64,000 nt of DNA. Source: Gaiellaceae bacterium (GTDB taxonomy: Bacteria > Actinomycetota > Thermoleophilia > Gaiellales > Gaiellaceae). The notes beneath the pieces were generated by a model. The model was not told where the DNA came from. It saw nothing but the letters and a program-made list of their open reading frames with translations, and made no database searches. Location of the stretch: NCBI GenBank assembly GCA_035546715.1, contig DASZWI010000131.1, positions 35,465-99,464 on the forward strand, given 5' to 3'. The position numbers were made by a program, and so were the translations under genes. Shown here piece after piece: positions 16,180 through 25,608 of this stretch. Numbering within the stretch: the stretch's first letter is position 1; the number at the start of each line of letters is the position of its first letter.

Positions 16180-16450
16180 GCGGCCGTTCGACCCGCGCCG
16201 CACGGCGGCGGCGCTGCGCTACGAGACCTACTCGACGGCTCCGGTCGTCGTCGCGTCCGGCCGCGGGCACATCGCCGACAAGATCCTCGAGGCGGCGCGG
16301 GCCTCCTCGGTGCCGGTGCGCGAGGACCGGCTCCTGGCCGAGGCGCTGGCCGCGCTCGAGGTCGGGACCGAGATTCCCGAGGCGCTGTACGCCGCGGTGG
16401 CCGAGGCCCTCGTGTGGGCCTACCGGCTCGCGCGCCGCCTGCCTGCGTAG
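16172..16450 (+). CDS. Stand-alone FlhB C-terminal-domain protein (YlqH/EscU-C-like)
   Basis: 92 aa. AAALRYETYSTAPVVVASGRGHIADKILEAARASSVPVREDRLLAEAL..EIPEALYAAVAEALVWAY aligns with the post-NPTH part of FlhB. Confidence 0.8.
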   Translation: MRERPFDPRRTAAALRYETYSTAPVVVASGRGHIADKILEAARASSVPVREDRLLAEALAALEVGTEIPEALYAAVAEALVWAYRLARRLPA

Positions 16451-16451
16451 C

Positions 16452-16552
16452 GAAGGGGTCGGAACCCTCCGTACCTGGTACATCACATGCGACCGATTCG
16501 CCCTTCGGGACGGCGTCGAGCGACGTACCAGGTACGCGAGTCTCGCAGCGCC
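16452..16552. repeat. Intergenic repeat copy 3 (module C only)
   Basis: GTACCTGGTAC (16471-16481) and GTACCAGGTAC (16525-16535) flank a GCCCTTCGGGAC mini-hairpin, followed by GCGAGTCTCGC. Located between two convergent stops. Confidence 0.7.
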
Positions 16553-16554
16553 GG

Positions 16555-19008
16555 TCAGGCCGCGGCGCGCTCGCGGAGCCGCTCGACGAGCCGCTTCGCC
16601 TCGCCCGACGACGGGTCGAGCGCGAGCGCGTGCTGGGCGAAGACGGCGGCGTCCTCCTCGAGCTCGCGGGCGACGGCGACCTGCGCCAGGCCGACGAACG
16701 CCCGGGCGGACGGCTGCTCGTTCGCCGAGGCGAGCCACTCGTCGGCGGCGGAGTCGATGTAGCCGCGGCGGAGGTACATGCGGGCGAGCACCTCGCGCCA
16801 GTCGTCGCGCGGGACGGCGATGGCGGCGGAGACGCGGGCGAGCAGCTCGAACGAGGCGAACTCCTGGACGCGCAGGAGCGCCTCGAGCGCCGTCGCCGCC
16901 GTCGAGGCGGCCGCTGCGGGCAGGGCGCCCGCCGTCTGGACGCCGTCGAGAGCGTCGGCCCACGCGGCGTAGAGCTGGCGGTCGGCGGGAGTCGCCGCGG
17001 CCGCCGTGCCGCTCGCGAGGGCGCTGCGCAGCGCCGCGGCGTCGCCCGCCGCGGCATGCGCGAAGAGGAGCTCGCCGGCGGCCGCCTGCGCGAGCGGCGA
17101 CTCGTCGGGGACGCGCGCCGCCGCCTCGGCGGCGTGCGCCCAGTCCTTGCCCAGCAGGTACGCCTCGGCGAGCCCGATGCGGGCGGCGTCGTTGCCCGGC
17201 TGGCGGTCGAGCACCTCGCCGAACAGCTCGACGGCGTCGGCGACGCGGCCCGCCTCCAGGCAGGCCGTCGCGGCGAGCAGGCCGGCGCTCGGCCGGTCGA
17301 GCTCGAGCGTCTCGCGCAGCTCGGCGAGGTCGGCGCCGCGGGCGACCATCAGGCCGACCGCATGCAGCACCGGTGCCACGTAGTCGGGGTGCTCGTCGAG
17401 CGCCCGCAGGTAGTAGCGCTCGGCCGCCTCGGCGTCGCCGCGCCGCTCGGCGAGCTCGCCGAGCAGGGTCAGCGCGAGGTACGTGCCCGAGCCGACGACC
17501 GACGCGTAGCGGGCCGGCGCGTCGCCCAGCTCGAGGCAGTGCAGCGCGAGGCGCTCCGCCTCGGCGAGGTCGCCCTCGTCGCGGGCGCACAGCGCCAGCT
17601 CGAAGTGGAGGTCGGTGTGGTCGGGCATCGCCGCGATGCCGATCGCGAGCGCCGCGCGGGCGTCGTCGATGCGGCCCGACTCGCGGCGGGCGAGGGCGAT
17701 GCGGCTGGCGAGGATCGGCGCATACCCGGCGGACGTCCAGTTGCCGCCCGCCTGGAGCTCGTCCCACGCGCGGTCGAAGTGCGTGGCCGCCGTCGCCGCG
17801 TCGCCGAGCATGAGGTACTCGGAGCCGAGGTTGAAGGCGTTGAACGGGCTCGGCGACTCCTGGGCCTCGAGCTCGAGCAGCTCGATGTTGCGGCGCGACT
17901 TCTCCTTCGCGCTGATGCGGTTCTTCAGGTAGCCGTAGTGGCGGATCCGGATCGTCGTCGCCTCGAAGCGCTCCGGCAGGAACGTCGGCATGTGCTGCGT
18001 CTTCTGCTCGTGGATCCGGCCCTCGAAGCGGTACGCGGGGCGGTTCCTGAAGATGCGCAGCGCGAGGTGCGTCACCGAGGTGCCCGCCTCCTCGCCGCCG
18101 GTGTAGTTCGTCTCGACGAGGTGGAAGCCCTCGCGCCAGGTGCGGCCGAGCAGCTGCCGGATCTTGGGCGCGTCCTCGGGGACGAGGTGCTCGTCGGCGT
18201 CCAGGTAGAAGAGCCAGTCGCCGGTCGCCGCGTCCAGCCCGGCGTTGCGCGCGTCCGAGAACGACCCGTTCCACGGGAAGTCGATCACCCGGGCGCCGAA
18301 GCTCTTCGCGATCTCGACCGTCCTGTCGGTGGAGCCGGTGTCGACGACGACGATCTCGTCGACGGAGTCCGCGACCGCCTCGAGGCAGCCCGGGAGCATC
18401 TCCTCCTCGTCCTTGACGATCATGCAGAGCGAGATCGTCAGGCCGGGGGTGGCCTTGGCGCCGGCGGCGACGCGGCGCGCCTTCAGGCCGAGCGCCTTCA
18501 CGCGCGGGACGAGCGGGCCGAGCAGGTGCGGGCGCACCTTCGCGCGCTTCTGCTCGCGCACGGCGGCGAGGTTCTCGCGCAGGTGCGGCAGGGTCGGGTC
18601 GAGCTTGTGGGCCGCGCGGAAGAGCGCCTCGGCGCCGCCGAGCTCGGCGAGCTCGTACACCAGGACGCCGGCGTAGTTGAGGAACACCGGCTCCGACGGC
18701 TCGGCGTCGAGCGCGGCCAGCAGCGCGTCGGCGGCGGTCGCGTAGAGGGTGGCCCAGCTGTCGCCGAACGCGTTGCGGTTCGCGTCCGCGAAGACGGCCT
18801 CGGTGATCTGCTTCCGCCCCTGGAAGACGCGCTGGGGGTCGCTCCACCCCGCCACCTCGCCGTAGAGCGCGGCGAGCGCGTCCGCGTCGCGGCGTGCGAC
18901 GGCCTGCTCGGCGTTCGCGATGGTGCGCGCGAGCAGGCGCTGCCACTCCCTCGGCGTGTTGGCGTCGCGGCGGGTTCCGGTCTCGAGGGTGGCGATGCGA
19001 AGGGCCAT
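16555..19008 (-). CDS. GT2 glycosyltransferase flanked by TPR repeats (817 aa)
   Basis: GT-A core ISLCMIVKDEEEMLPGCLEAV..VVVDTGSTDRT..YLDADEH. Long C-terminal TPR-like array. AGGAG SD upstream. Confidence 0.85.
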   Translation of the reverse strand: MALRIATLETGTRRDANTPREWQRLLARTIANAEQAVARRDADALAALYGEVAGWSDPQRVFQGRKQITEAVFADANRNAFGDSWATLYATAADALLAALDAEPSEPVFLNYAGVLVYELAELGGAEALFRAAHKLDPTLPHLRENLAAVREQKRAKVRPHLLGPLVPRVKALGLKARRVAAGAKATPGLTISLCMIVKDEEEMLPGCLEAVADSVDEIVVVDTGSTDRTVEIAKSFGARVIDFPWNGSFSDARNAGLDAATGDWLFYLDADEHLVPEDAPKIRQLLGRTWREGFHLVETNYTGGEEAGTSVTHLALRIFRNRPAYRFEGRIHEQKTQHMPTFLPERFEATTIRIRHYGYLKNRISAKEKSRRNIELLELEAQESPSPFNAFNLGSEYLMLGDAATAATHFDRAWDELQAGGNWTSAGYAPILASRIALARRESGRIDDARAALAIGIAAMPDHTDLHFELALCARDEGDLAEAERLALHCLELGDAPARYASVVGSGTYLALTLLGELAERRGDAEAAERYYLRALDEHPDYVAPVLHAVGLMVARGADLAELRETLELDRPSAGLLAATACLEAGRVADAVELFGEVLDRQPGNDAARIGLAEAYLLGKDWAHAAEAAARVPDESPLAQAAAGELLFAHAAAGDAAALRSALASGTAAAATPADRQLYAAWADALDGVQTAGALPAAAASTAATALEALLRVQEFASFELLARVSAAIAVPRDDWREVLARMYLRRGYIDSAADEWLASANEQPSARAFVGLAQVAVARELEEDAAVFAQHALALDPSSGEAKRLVERLRERAAA

Positions 19009-19015
19009 GGGTCTC

Positions 19016-20470
19016 CTAGGGGACGAGGAGGGAACGGAGGGCGGCCGGCTCGGGTGCGAGCACGCGGCGGGCGCGGAGCGGGCGGGTCGGGCCGGCGCAG
19101 ACGAACGCGTCGGCGGTCAGCTCGAGCGCGCCCGTCGCGAGCCCGGACGAGTCGGCGACGACGACGTCGGCGAGCCGGTCGGCGTCGATGTCGGACGTCT
19201 CGAGGAACGAGCCGATCGCGGCGACCGCGGCGGCCTCGTCCGAGGCGGGCAGGACGAGCGTGGTGTCGTCGTCGGGGCCGAAGGCGCCGGCGTACGCGGC
19301 GAGCGCGGGCGTCCACGTCTCGGGCCGCTCCCAGTCGGCGTCGACCGCGAGCACGACCTGGCGGGCGCCCGGGATGACCGCGGGCGCGGTGCGGCCGATC
19401 GGCGTGCGGCCGTCGAGGGCGGCGAGCCGGTCGGCGACGATCGCCGCTGCGGCAGGCCACGAGTAGCGCTCGGCGTGGGCGCGCGCGGTGGCGGCCTTGG
19501 CCGCACGCGCGTCGGGGTCGGCGGCGGCGCGGAGGGCGTCCACGAGGCCCTCGAGCTCGGGCTCGAGCAGGAACCCGCCGCCGGCGGGCTTCATCTCGCC
19601 GGGCAGGGCGCCCGGCGGCAGCGCGATGCGGCTGGACGGCAGCCGCCAGGCGCAGGCGTCCGAGGCGAACTCGTCGGTGGGGCCGCCCGCCGTCGCGATC
19701 AGCGGCTTGCCGCACGCCAGCGCCTCGAGCGCCGGGAGGCAGAAGCCCTCGCCGCGGTACGGCTGGACGACGACGTCCGCCGCGCGGTAGAGCGCGGGGA
19801 TCGCGTCGTAGTCGAGGTGCTCGTCCAGCGAGAGCAGCGCGGGCGCGTCCGGGTCGGCGCGGAGCTCGTCGATGAACGACTCCGCCGTCTGGCCGCGGTA
19901 CCACGTGCCCGAGCCGAAGCCCTTGACCACGAGGAGCACGTCGTCGTCCGCGTCGAACGCGGCGCGGTAGGCGCTGAGGAGGACGTCGATCCCCTTGCGG
20001 TAGGTCGTGCCGCCGACGAAGAGGAAGACGGTGCCGGCCCGCCGCTCGAGCGGGTGGGCGGAGCCGTCCGGCGAGAAGCGGTCGAGGTCGACCCCGTTCG
20101 GGACGACGTGGACGAGCTCCGGCGCCAGGCCGGCCGCGAGGTACGACTGCCGTGAGTACTCGGACGCCGTCCACACCTCGTCGACGCGCTCGCGGATGCG
20201 CTCGGCCCACAGGGCCGGGATCTCGCCGAACTCCCACGGCTGGTAGATCGCGAAGGGGCCGGCGGTCGGCGCCTCCCAGACGGGCGGCCAGTGCGCCGCG
20301 ACGCCCACGGCGTCGGTCGCGAGGGCGGGCGACTCCACCGGGATGCGCTCCACGGCGACGCCCAGCTGCTCGACCGCGCCGACGAGGCCGTCGTTGACGA
20401 CGGCGAGAGAATGGTCGGAGGCGAACTCGCCGCGCCACGCGCAGCGACTCGTGCCGGGGACGGCGGTCAC
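19016..20470 (-). CDS. GT4 (GT-B) glycosyltransferase with extra C-terminal module (484 aa)
   Basis: FVGGTTYRKGIDVLL..VQPYRGEGFCLPALEALACGKPLIAT is the GT4 EX7E region. The tail (aa 369-484) is shared with two other GTs. Confidence 0.85.
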   Translation of the reverse strand: MTAVPGTSRCAWRGEFASDHSLAVVNDGLVGAVEQLGVAVERIPVESPALATDAVGVAAHWPPVWEAPTAGPFAIYQPWEFGEIPALWAERIRERVDEVWTASEYSRQSYLAAGLAPELVHVVPNGVDLDRFSPDGSAHPLERRAGTVFLFVGGTTYRKGIDVLLSAYRAAFDADDDVLLVVKGFGSGTWYRGQTAESFIDELRADPDAPALLSLDEHLDYDAIPALYRAADVVVQPYRGEGFCLPALEALACGKPLIATAGGPTDEFASDACAWRLPSSRIALPPGALPGEMKPAGGGFLLEPELEGLVDALRAAADPDARAAKAATARAHAERYSWPAAAAIVADRLAALDGRTPIGRTAPAVIPGARQVVLAVDADWERPETWTPALAAYAGAFGPDDDTTLVLPASDEAAAVAAIGSFLETSDIDADRLADVVVADSSGLATGALELTADAFVCAGPTRPLRARRVLAPEPAALRSLLVP

Positions 20471-20515
20471 CCTCGGGTAGTCGACCTCCGGCGCTGCGCG
20501 TTTAGGCCCGTGCGC

Positions 20516-22870
20516 TCAGGCGGCCCAGCGAAGCTCGGCCTGGCGGCGCAGCTCGAGGGCATCGGAGCCCGGCGCGAGCACCGCGTCGACGCGACCGGCG
20601 AGATCCTCCGAGGCGTCGACGTCGAGCAACGCCATCATGTCGGGCGCATCCTCCCCGTCGAGCCCTGCGGAGGCGATCGCCGCTTCGAGCGCCGGCAGGA
20701 GCTCCGACGCGCCGTGGACGACCAGCGTCGCCTCGTCGTCCGCCGAGAAGGCGCTGCCGTACGCGCGCAGGAGCTCGGTGTCGGCGACGAGGTCGTCCGC
20801 CGCGGCGAGCACGGCGAAGCGGCGCGCGCCGGGCACGCGGTTCGCCCGCGCGCGGCGATCGGCCGTCGCGCCTGCGTAGTGGTCGAGCAGCTCGTCGAGG
20901 TAGGCGTCGAAGCCCTTCGGCGCCGGGATCGCGGCCTGCATGCGGCCGAGCAGGGCCGGCTCGTCCACGAACCTGCGCAGGGCCGCCGCCAGCTCGTCGG
21001 GACGGCCGTGCGGGACGAGGAACCCGGTCTCGCCCTCGGCGACGAAGTCCGGGATGCCGCCCATCCGGCTGCCCACCACGGGCGCGCGGGCGGCGAGCGC
21101 CTCGGCTACGACGAGCGGCGCGCAGTCCTCCCACACGGAGGGCACGCAGATCACGTCGACCTCGCCGAGCAGCCGCGGGAGCTCCCGCGGGTCGTAGCCG
21201 CCGTGGAAGGCGACGACCCGGTTCTCGTCCAGCTCGCGCAGCCGTTCGACGTACTGCGCCGCCCCGCCGCCGAAGAGGTGCCCCTCGACCTCGCCCGGCG
21301 CGAACGTCTGGAGCGCGCGGACGAGGACGTGGACGCCCTTGTGCGGGTAGAGGCTGCCGATGAAGCCGACGCGCAGCGGCCGATCGAGGCGCTCGACCGG
21401 GGCCCGCCGCTCGCCGACCTCCCGCCAGAGCCACTCGACGGTCTCGGGCTGCTGGTGCAGGACGTGGATGCGCGAGGGGTCGTGGCCGGCGCGCGCGAAC
21501 AGCTCGCGGACGCGACGGGAGACGGCCAGGTGCCGGTCGACGTGCTCGCCGAGCATCGTCCGGCCGGCCTCGAGCCGCTCCACGTACTCGGACTCGGCGC
21601 CGTGGCGGCCGAGGCACGGGGCGCAGTTGCCGCTCTCCTCCGGCCCGTCGCAGAGCGACAGGTCGTCGCGGAACAGGTACATCCGCGGGCAGATCGGCCA
21701 GTAGTTGTGCGACGTGTAGACGGTCGGGACGCCCGCCTCGTGCAGGGCGCGCGGGAGCGCCGTCGAGAACCCGAGCAGGCTGTGCAGGTGGGCGACGTCG
21801 GGCTGGAGCTCGTCGACGAGCTCCTCGACGATCCGCGCGACGCGCGCGTCCTCGATCTCGCGCAGCGGGTTCATCGGGTCGCTGAAGCGGCTCGGCCGGT
21901 TGTAGAGCGCGAGCAGCCGCACGCCGTCGTCGACGCTCGCCTCGAGCGCGTACGGCGGCAGGTCGGGGCGCTCGTCGACCGGCGCGTAGAGCACGGTCAC
22001 GCGGTGGCCGCGGCGGACGAGCGCCTTCGCGATCTGACGCGGCAGGATCGTCCCGCCTCCCTCGTCGGCCCAGCCGACCATCGTGAAGAGCACGTGGAGC
22101 GCGTCGGGCTTCGGCACGACGGCGAGCCCGGGGTCCTGCGCGAGCGCGACCGCGTCGCCGGCGAGGACGCCCCGCGCCCACTCCTGCTCGGCCGGCCCGT
22201 AGAGCGCCGGGTGGCGGAGCACGATCGCCGCCTTGGTCGCCGCGTCGCTGCGGGTGTCGGAGCGGTAGCGGCCCGTCGCGGTGACGCGGCGCAGGAGCAC
22301 CGCCTCGGGAACGTGGATGCCGTGGTGGCCGTGCTCGGAGCAGCCGAGCCAGAAGTCCCAGTCCTCGTAGCCGACGCCGGGCGCGTAGCCGCCGACGTCC
22401 GTCCAGGCCTGCCGGCGCGTGACCGCGGTGGCGAGGATGTAGTTGAAGCGCCGCAGGAGCGTCGCGTCGTAGGGCGGGTGCCGCTCGAAGGTCGTCGACT
22501 CGCCCGTGTTCTGCTGGTCGCAGTACGCGTACGACGCCCACGGGTGCCGGTCGAGCGCCTCGACGCACGCGCGCAGGAAGCCGGGCGCCAGCTCGTCGTC
22601 GGCGTCGAGGCAGAGGAAGAGATCGGCGTCGGACGCGGCGATCCCGACGTTGCGGGCCACCGCGACGCCCTGGTTGTCCTGGACGATCGCCTGCACGCGC
22701 GCGTCCGCGGCGGCGAGCGCTCGCGCGACGTCTGCGGAGCCGTCGGTGCTGCCGTCGTCGACGATCGTGACGCGGACGTCGACGCCGTCCTGGTCGAGGG
22801 CGCTCCGAACCGCGGCCTCGAGGAAGGCGCCGTGCTGGTAGCAGGTGACGACGACGTCGACGCGGGTCAT
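20516..22870 (-). CDS. Bifunctional GT2-GT4 glycosyltransferase (784 aa)
   Basis: Starts at internal ATG 22870 (ATGA overlap with the upstream stop). N-terminal GT2 (VVVTCYQHGAFLEAAVRSALDQ..IVDDGSTDGS..LDADD). C-terminal GT4 (VPSVWEDCAPLVVAEALAARAPVVGS) with a Cys-rich insert (CPRM..C..C..C). Confidence 0.8.
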   Translation of the reverse strand: MTRVDVVVTCYQHGAFLEAAVRSALDQDGVDVRVTIVDDGSTDGSADVARALAAADARVQAIVQDNQGVAVARNVGIAASDADLFLCLDADDELAPGFLRACVEALDRHPWASYAYCDQQNTGESTTFERHPPYDATLLRRFNYILATAVTRRQAWTDVGGYAPGVGYEDWDFWLGCSEHGHHGIHVPEAVLLRRVTATGRYRSDTRSDAATKAAIVLRHPALYGPAEQEWARGVLAGDAVALAQDPGLAVVPKPDALHVLFTMVGWADEGGGTILPRQIAKALVRRGHRVTVLYAPVDERPDLPPYALEASVDDGVRLLALYNRPSRFSDPMNPLREIEDARVARIVEELVDELQPDVAHLHSLLGFSTALPRALHEAGVPTVYTSHNYWPICPRMYLFRDDLSLCDGPEESGNCAPCLGRHGAESEYVERLEAGRTMLGEHVDRHLAVSRRVRELFARAGHDPSRIHVLHQQPETVEWLWREVGERRAPVERLDRPLRVGFIGSLYPHKGVHVLVRALQTFAPGEVEGHLFGGGAAQYVERLRELDENRVVAFHGGYDPRELPRLLGEVDVICVPSVWEDCAPLVVAEALAARAPVVGSRMGGIPDFVAEGETGFLVPHGRPDELAAALRRFVDEPALLGRMQAAIPAPKGFDAYLDELLDHYAGATADRRARANRVPGARRFAVLAAADDLVADTELLRAYGSAFSADDEATLVVHGASELLPALEAAIASAGLDGEDAPDMMALLDVDASEDLAGRVDAVLAPGSDALELRRQAELRWAA

Positions 22871-25608
22871 GCCGCGAGGCGCCGGTCGAGGATCGCGAGA
22901 TCGGGGTGCGCCGGCTCGCTCGTCAGCACGGCGTCGGCCGCGAGCGCGAGCGTCCGCAGCTCGGCGGGCGCGAGCGGCGCCGTGAGCAGGACGACGTCGA
23001 CGGCCTCGATGTCCACCTCGGCCCGCTGCGCCGCCTCGACGACCTGCGTCGTCGCGGCGTCGGCGTCGGCGCCGGGCGCGAGGAGCACGAGCGTCTCGTC
23101 CGGCGCGGCGACGCTCGACCACGCGGCGAACAGCTCGGGCTTCTCCACGACCGTCTCGGCCAGGGCGAGCGTGGTGCTCGTGCCGCTGACGGCGACGTTC
23201 GGCTTGGCGACAGCCGGGCGCGGCCGCAGGTCGGGCCGGTTCGGGTCGTTCGTGAACCGCGGGATGACGCCCGTCGGGCCGGCTGCGGCGAGCGCGTCGG
23301 GGTCCCCGGCGAGGATCATCTCGGCCCACTGCTGCTGGAGCGGCGTGTAGACGCCGGGGTTCGCGAGGACGATCCGCGCCTTGTGCGCTGCGTCGCGGTC
23401 GGTGCCGTGATCCGCCATCCCGCCGGGCTTGACGCGGTAGCGGAAGACTGCCTCGGGGACGTGGGCGGCGTAGTGGCCGTGCGCGCCGAGCGCGATCCAG
23501 AACGCCCAGTCCTCGTAGCCCGGCACATCGGTCGGGTAGCCGCCGACGGCCTCCCAGGCCTCGCGGCGGAACATCGAGGCCGTCCCGAGGAGGTTCGTGT
23601 GAGCGAGGGTCGCGAAGTCGTACGGGGGGTGCGGGTGCAGCGGCCATTCGCGGTCCTCGGAGAAGTCGCGCTGCCCGCCGTAGGCGATCGAGAGCTCGGG
23701 GTGCCGGTCGAGCGCGTCGACGCAGCGCTCGAGGAACTCGGGTTCGAGCAGGTCGTCGGCGTCGAGGCAGACGATGAGCTCGCCTCGCGCACGGGCGATG
23801 CCGGTGTTGCGCGCGACGGCGGGCTGCCCGGAGTTGGGGCGGCGCAGGAGCGAGATGCGGTGCTCGGGGTGCGCGGCGATCAGCGCCTCGGCGACCGCGG
23901 CCGTGTCGTCAGGACTGCCGTCGTCCACGACCACGATCTCGAAGTCGCGGTAGGTCTGCGCGAGGACGCTCTCGACGGCCTCGCCGAGCAGGTGGGCGTA
24001 GCCGTAGCAGGGGATGACGACCGAGACGCGCGGCCCGTCGCCCGCGGCGTGCCAGGCCGTCTCGTGCGCGTCGTCGCGGGCGCGCTCCGACTCGGTCGGC
24101 GGCGGGATGACGGGCTCCCCGTCGAGCACGACGCGGACGATCCGGTCGAGCTCCGGGCTGCGGCCCGGCGCGAGCTCCTCGACGCTCGTCCACTGGACGA
24201 CGCCCGTATGGGGGTCGGGCATGCGGACGTGCGGAAAGGGCAGGTTGTTGCAGAGCCAGTAGCGGTAGGCGAAGCGGTAGCCGAGCCGCCGGATCTCGAC
24301 GGGGTCGCGCCGGTCGGCGAGCAGCGCGTCCAGGTCGGAGGCGTACTCCTCGCGGGCCTCGACGGTTCGGACGAACGCCGTTTCGCCGACGAAGTTCGAC
24401 CCGGCGACGAGCACCTCCTTGCCCTTGCATGCCAGTTCGAGGGCGACGGTGCTGTGGTAGACGAGGCCCACCTCGGCGGCATCCATCAGCGAATAGGTGC
24501 TGACCTCGTCGTCGGGCCACACGAAGCGCACGTTCGTGGGCACGTCGGCGGCGAGGTCGCGGAGCTCCTGCAGCTGGCGCTCGTTGCGGCCGTTCGAGTT
24601 CCGGCCGGCGGTGTTCGGGTGGACGCGCACGACCAGGTCGAGCTCGGGATGGCGGCCGGCCCACGCGATCGAGTCGGCGATCCAGTCGACCTGGCGCTCG
24701 AACGGGCCGCGGTAGTCGACCTCGGCGGCGCTCTCGTCGTCGGACGACGTGTAGAGCCCCCAGACCGGCCGGCTCGGATCGAGCCCGACGCGGGCGTAGA
24801 GCTCCTCGCGCCGCTGTGGCGGCGGGTTGTAGCGCTTCCAGCCGAGATTGCGCCCGAGTGCGCGGTTGCGGAGGTAGTCCTGCGTCACGCGCAGCTCACG
24901 CTGGGAGAGCGGCACGTCCGCCCAGTCGCGCCAGAGTGCGCGCAGCGGCTCGAGCGCCGTGCACGTCGCGTTCTCGTGCAGGCGGATCGTCTCCTTCAGC
25001 TGGCCGCGCTCGTGGCAGACGACCCGGATGCCCTTGCGGCGGCCGAGCTCGTACGCGATCCGCGTCGACGACTGGCGGCCGTTGAAGAGGAAGAGCAGGT
25101 CCGGCTGCGCCGTGTCGAGGAGGCGCGAGAGCGCGAAGGCGGCGATGAGGCCGCTGGAGAGGTAGCTGCGCATCGCCCGCTCGACGGCGGGGTCGGAGAG
25201 GTCGAGGACGGAGCGCCGGAAGTGGCTGTGCACCGAGGAGGCGACCCAGTCGCCGATCGCCCAGTCGCCGTACGCGGCGTGGCGCAGCTCGTCGACGGCG
25301 AGCCCGCCGGCCCACGCGTGGGCCTCCGCTCGCTCTTCCGGCAGGAGGTTGCGGCCGAGCCACTCGTGCTCCATGCCGAGCTGGTTCACCAGGTGCGTGA
25401 CGTGAAAGCGGCAGAGCTCGCAGGCGTTCGCCGGGCGCGGCTCGGTCGCGTCCCAGTAGACGTCGCAGTCGCTGTAGAGACCGTCGCAGAGGACGTAGCG
25501 CACGTCGGCGCCGCGCTGGCGCGCGGCGTGGAGGATCGTCATCTCCCACTGGCCGTGGAGCGCCCACTTGTTGTAGGGCGCGTAGCAGAGGATCCGCTGC
25601 GCGGTCAT
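22867..25608 (-). CDS. 913-aa multidomain enzyme: unassigned Cys-cluster N-domain + GT2 + shared C-terminal module
   Basis: Starts at internal ATG 25608 (ATGA overlap). aa ~540-780 is GT2 (VSVVIPCYGYAHLLGEAVESVLAQ..VVDDGSPDDT..LDADD). aa 1-~520 has CDGLYSDC..CELC and LVVRVHPNT motifs, loosely reminiscent of capsule (KpsC/S-type) transferases. Confidence 0.75.
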   Translation of the reverse strand: MTAQRILCYAPYNKWALHGQWEMTILHAARQRGADVRYVLCDGLYSDCDVYWDATEPRPANACELCRFHVTHLVNQLGMEHEWLGRNLLPEERAEAHAWAGGLAVDELRHAAYGDWAIGDWVASSVHSHFRRSVLDLSDPAVERAMRSYLSSGLIAAFALSRLLDTAQPDLLFLFNGRQSSTRIAYELGRRKGIRVVCHERGQLKETIRLHENATCTALEPLRALWRDWADVPLSQRELRVTQDYLRNRALGRNLGWKRYNPPPQRREELYARVGLDPSRPVWGLYTSSDDESAAEVDYRGPFERQVDWIADSIAWAGRHPELDLVVRVHPNTAGRNSNGRNERQLQELRDLAADVPTNVRFVWPDDEVSTYSLMDAAEVGLVYHSTVALELACKGKEVLVAGSNFVGETAFVRTVEAREEYASDLDALLADRRDPVEIRRLGYRFAYRYWLCNNLPFPHVRMPDPHTGVVQWTSVEELAPGRSPELDRIVRVVLDGEPVIPPPTESERARDDAHETAWHAAGDGPRVSVVIPCYGYAHLLGEAVESVLAQTYRDFEIVVVDDGSPDDTAAVAEALIAAHPEHRISLLRRPNSGQPAVARNTGIARARGELIVCLDADDLLEPEFLERCVDALDRHPELSIAYGGQRDFSEDREWPLHPHPPYDFATLAHTNLLGTASMFRREAWEAVGGYPTDVPGYEDWAFWIALGAHGHYAAHVPEAVFRYRVKPGGMADHGTDRDAAHKARIVLANPGVYTPLQQQWAEMILAGDPDALAAAGPTGVIPRFTNDPNRPDLRPRPAVAKPNVAVSGTSTTLALAETVVEKPELFAAWSSVAAPDETLVLLAPGADADAATTQVVEAAQRAEVDIEAVDVVLLTAPLAPAELRTLALAADAVLTSEPAHPDLAILDRRLAA

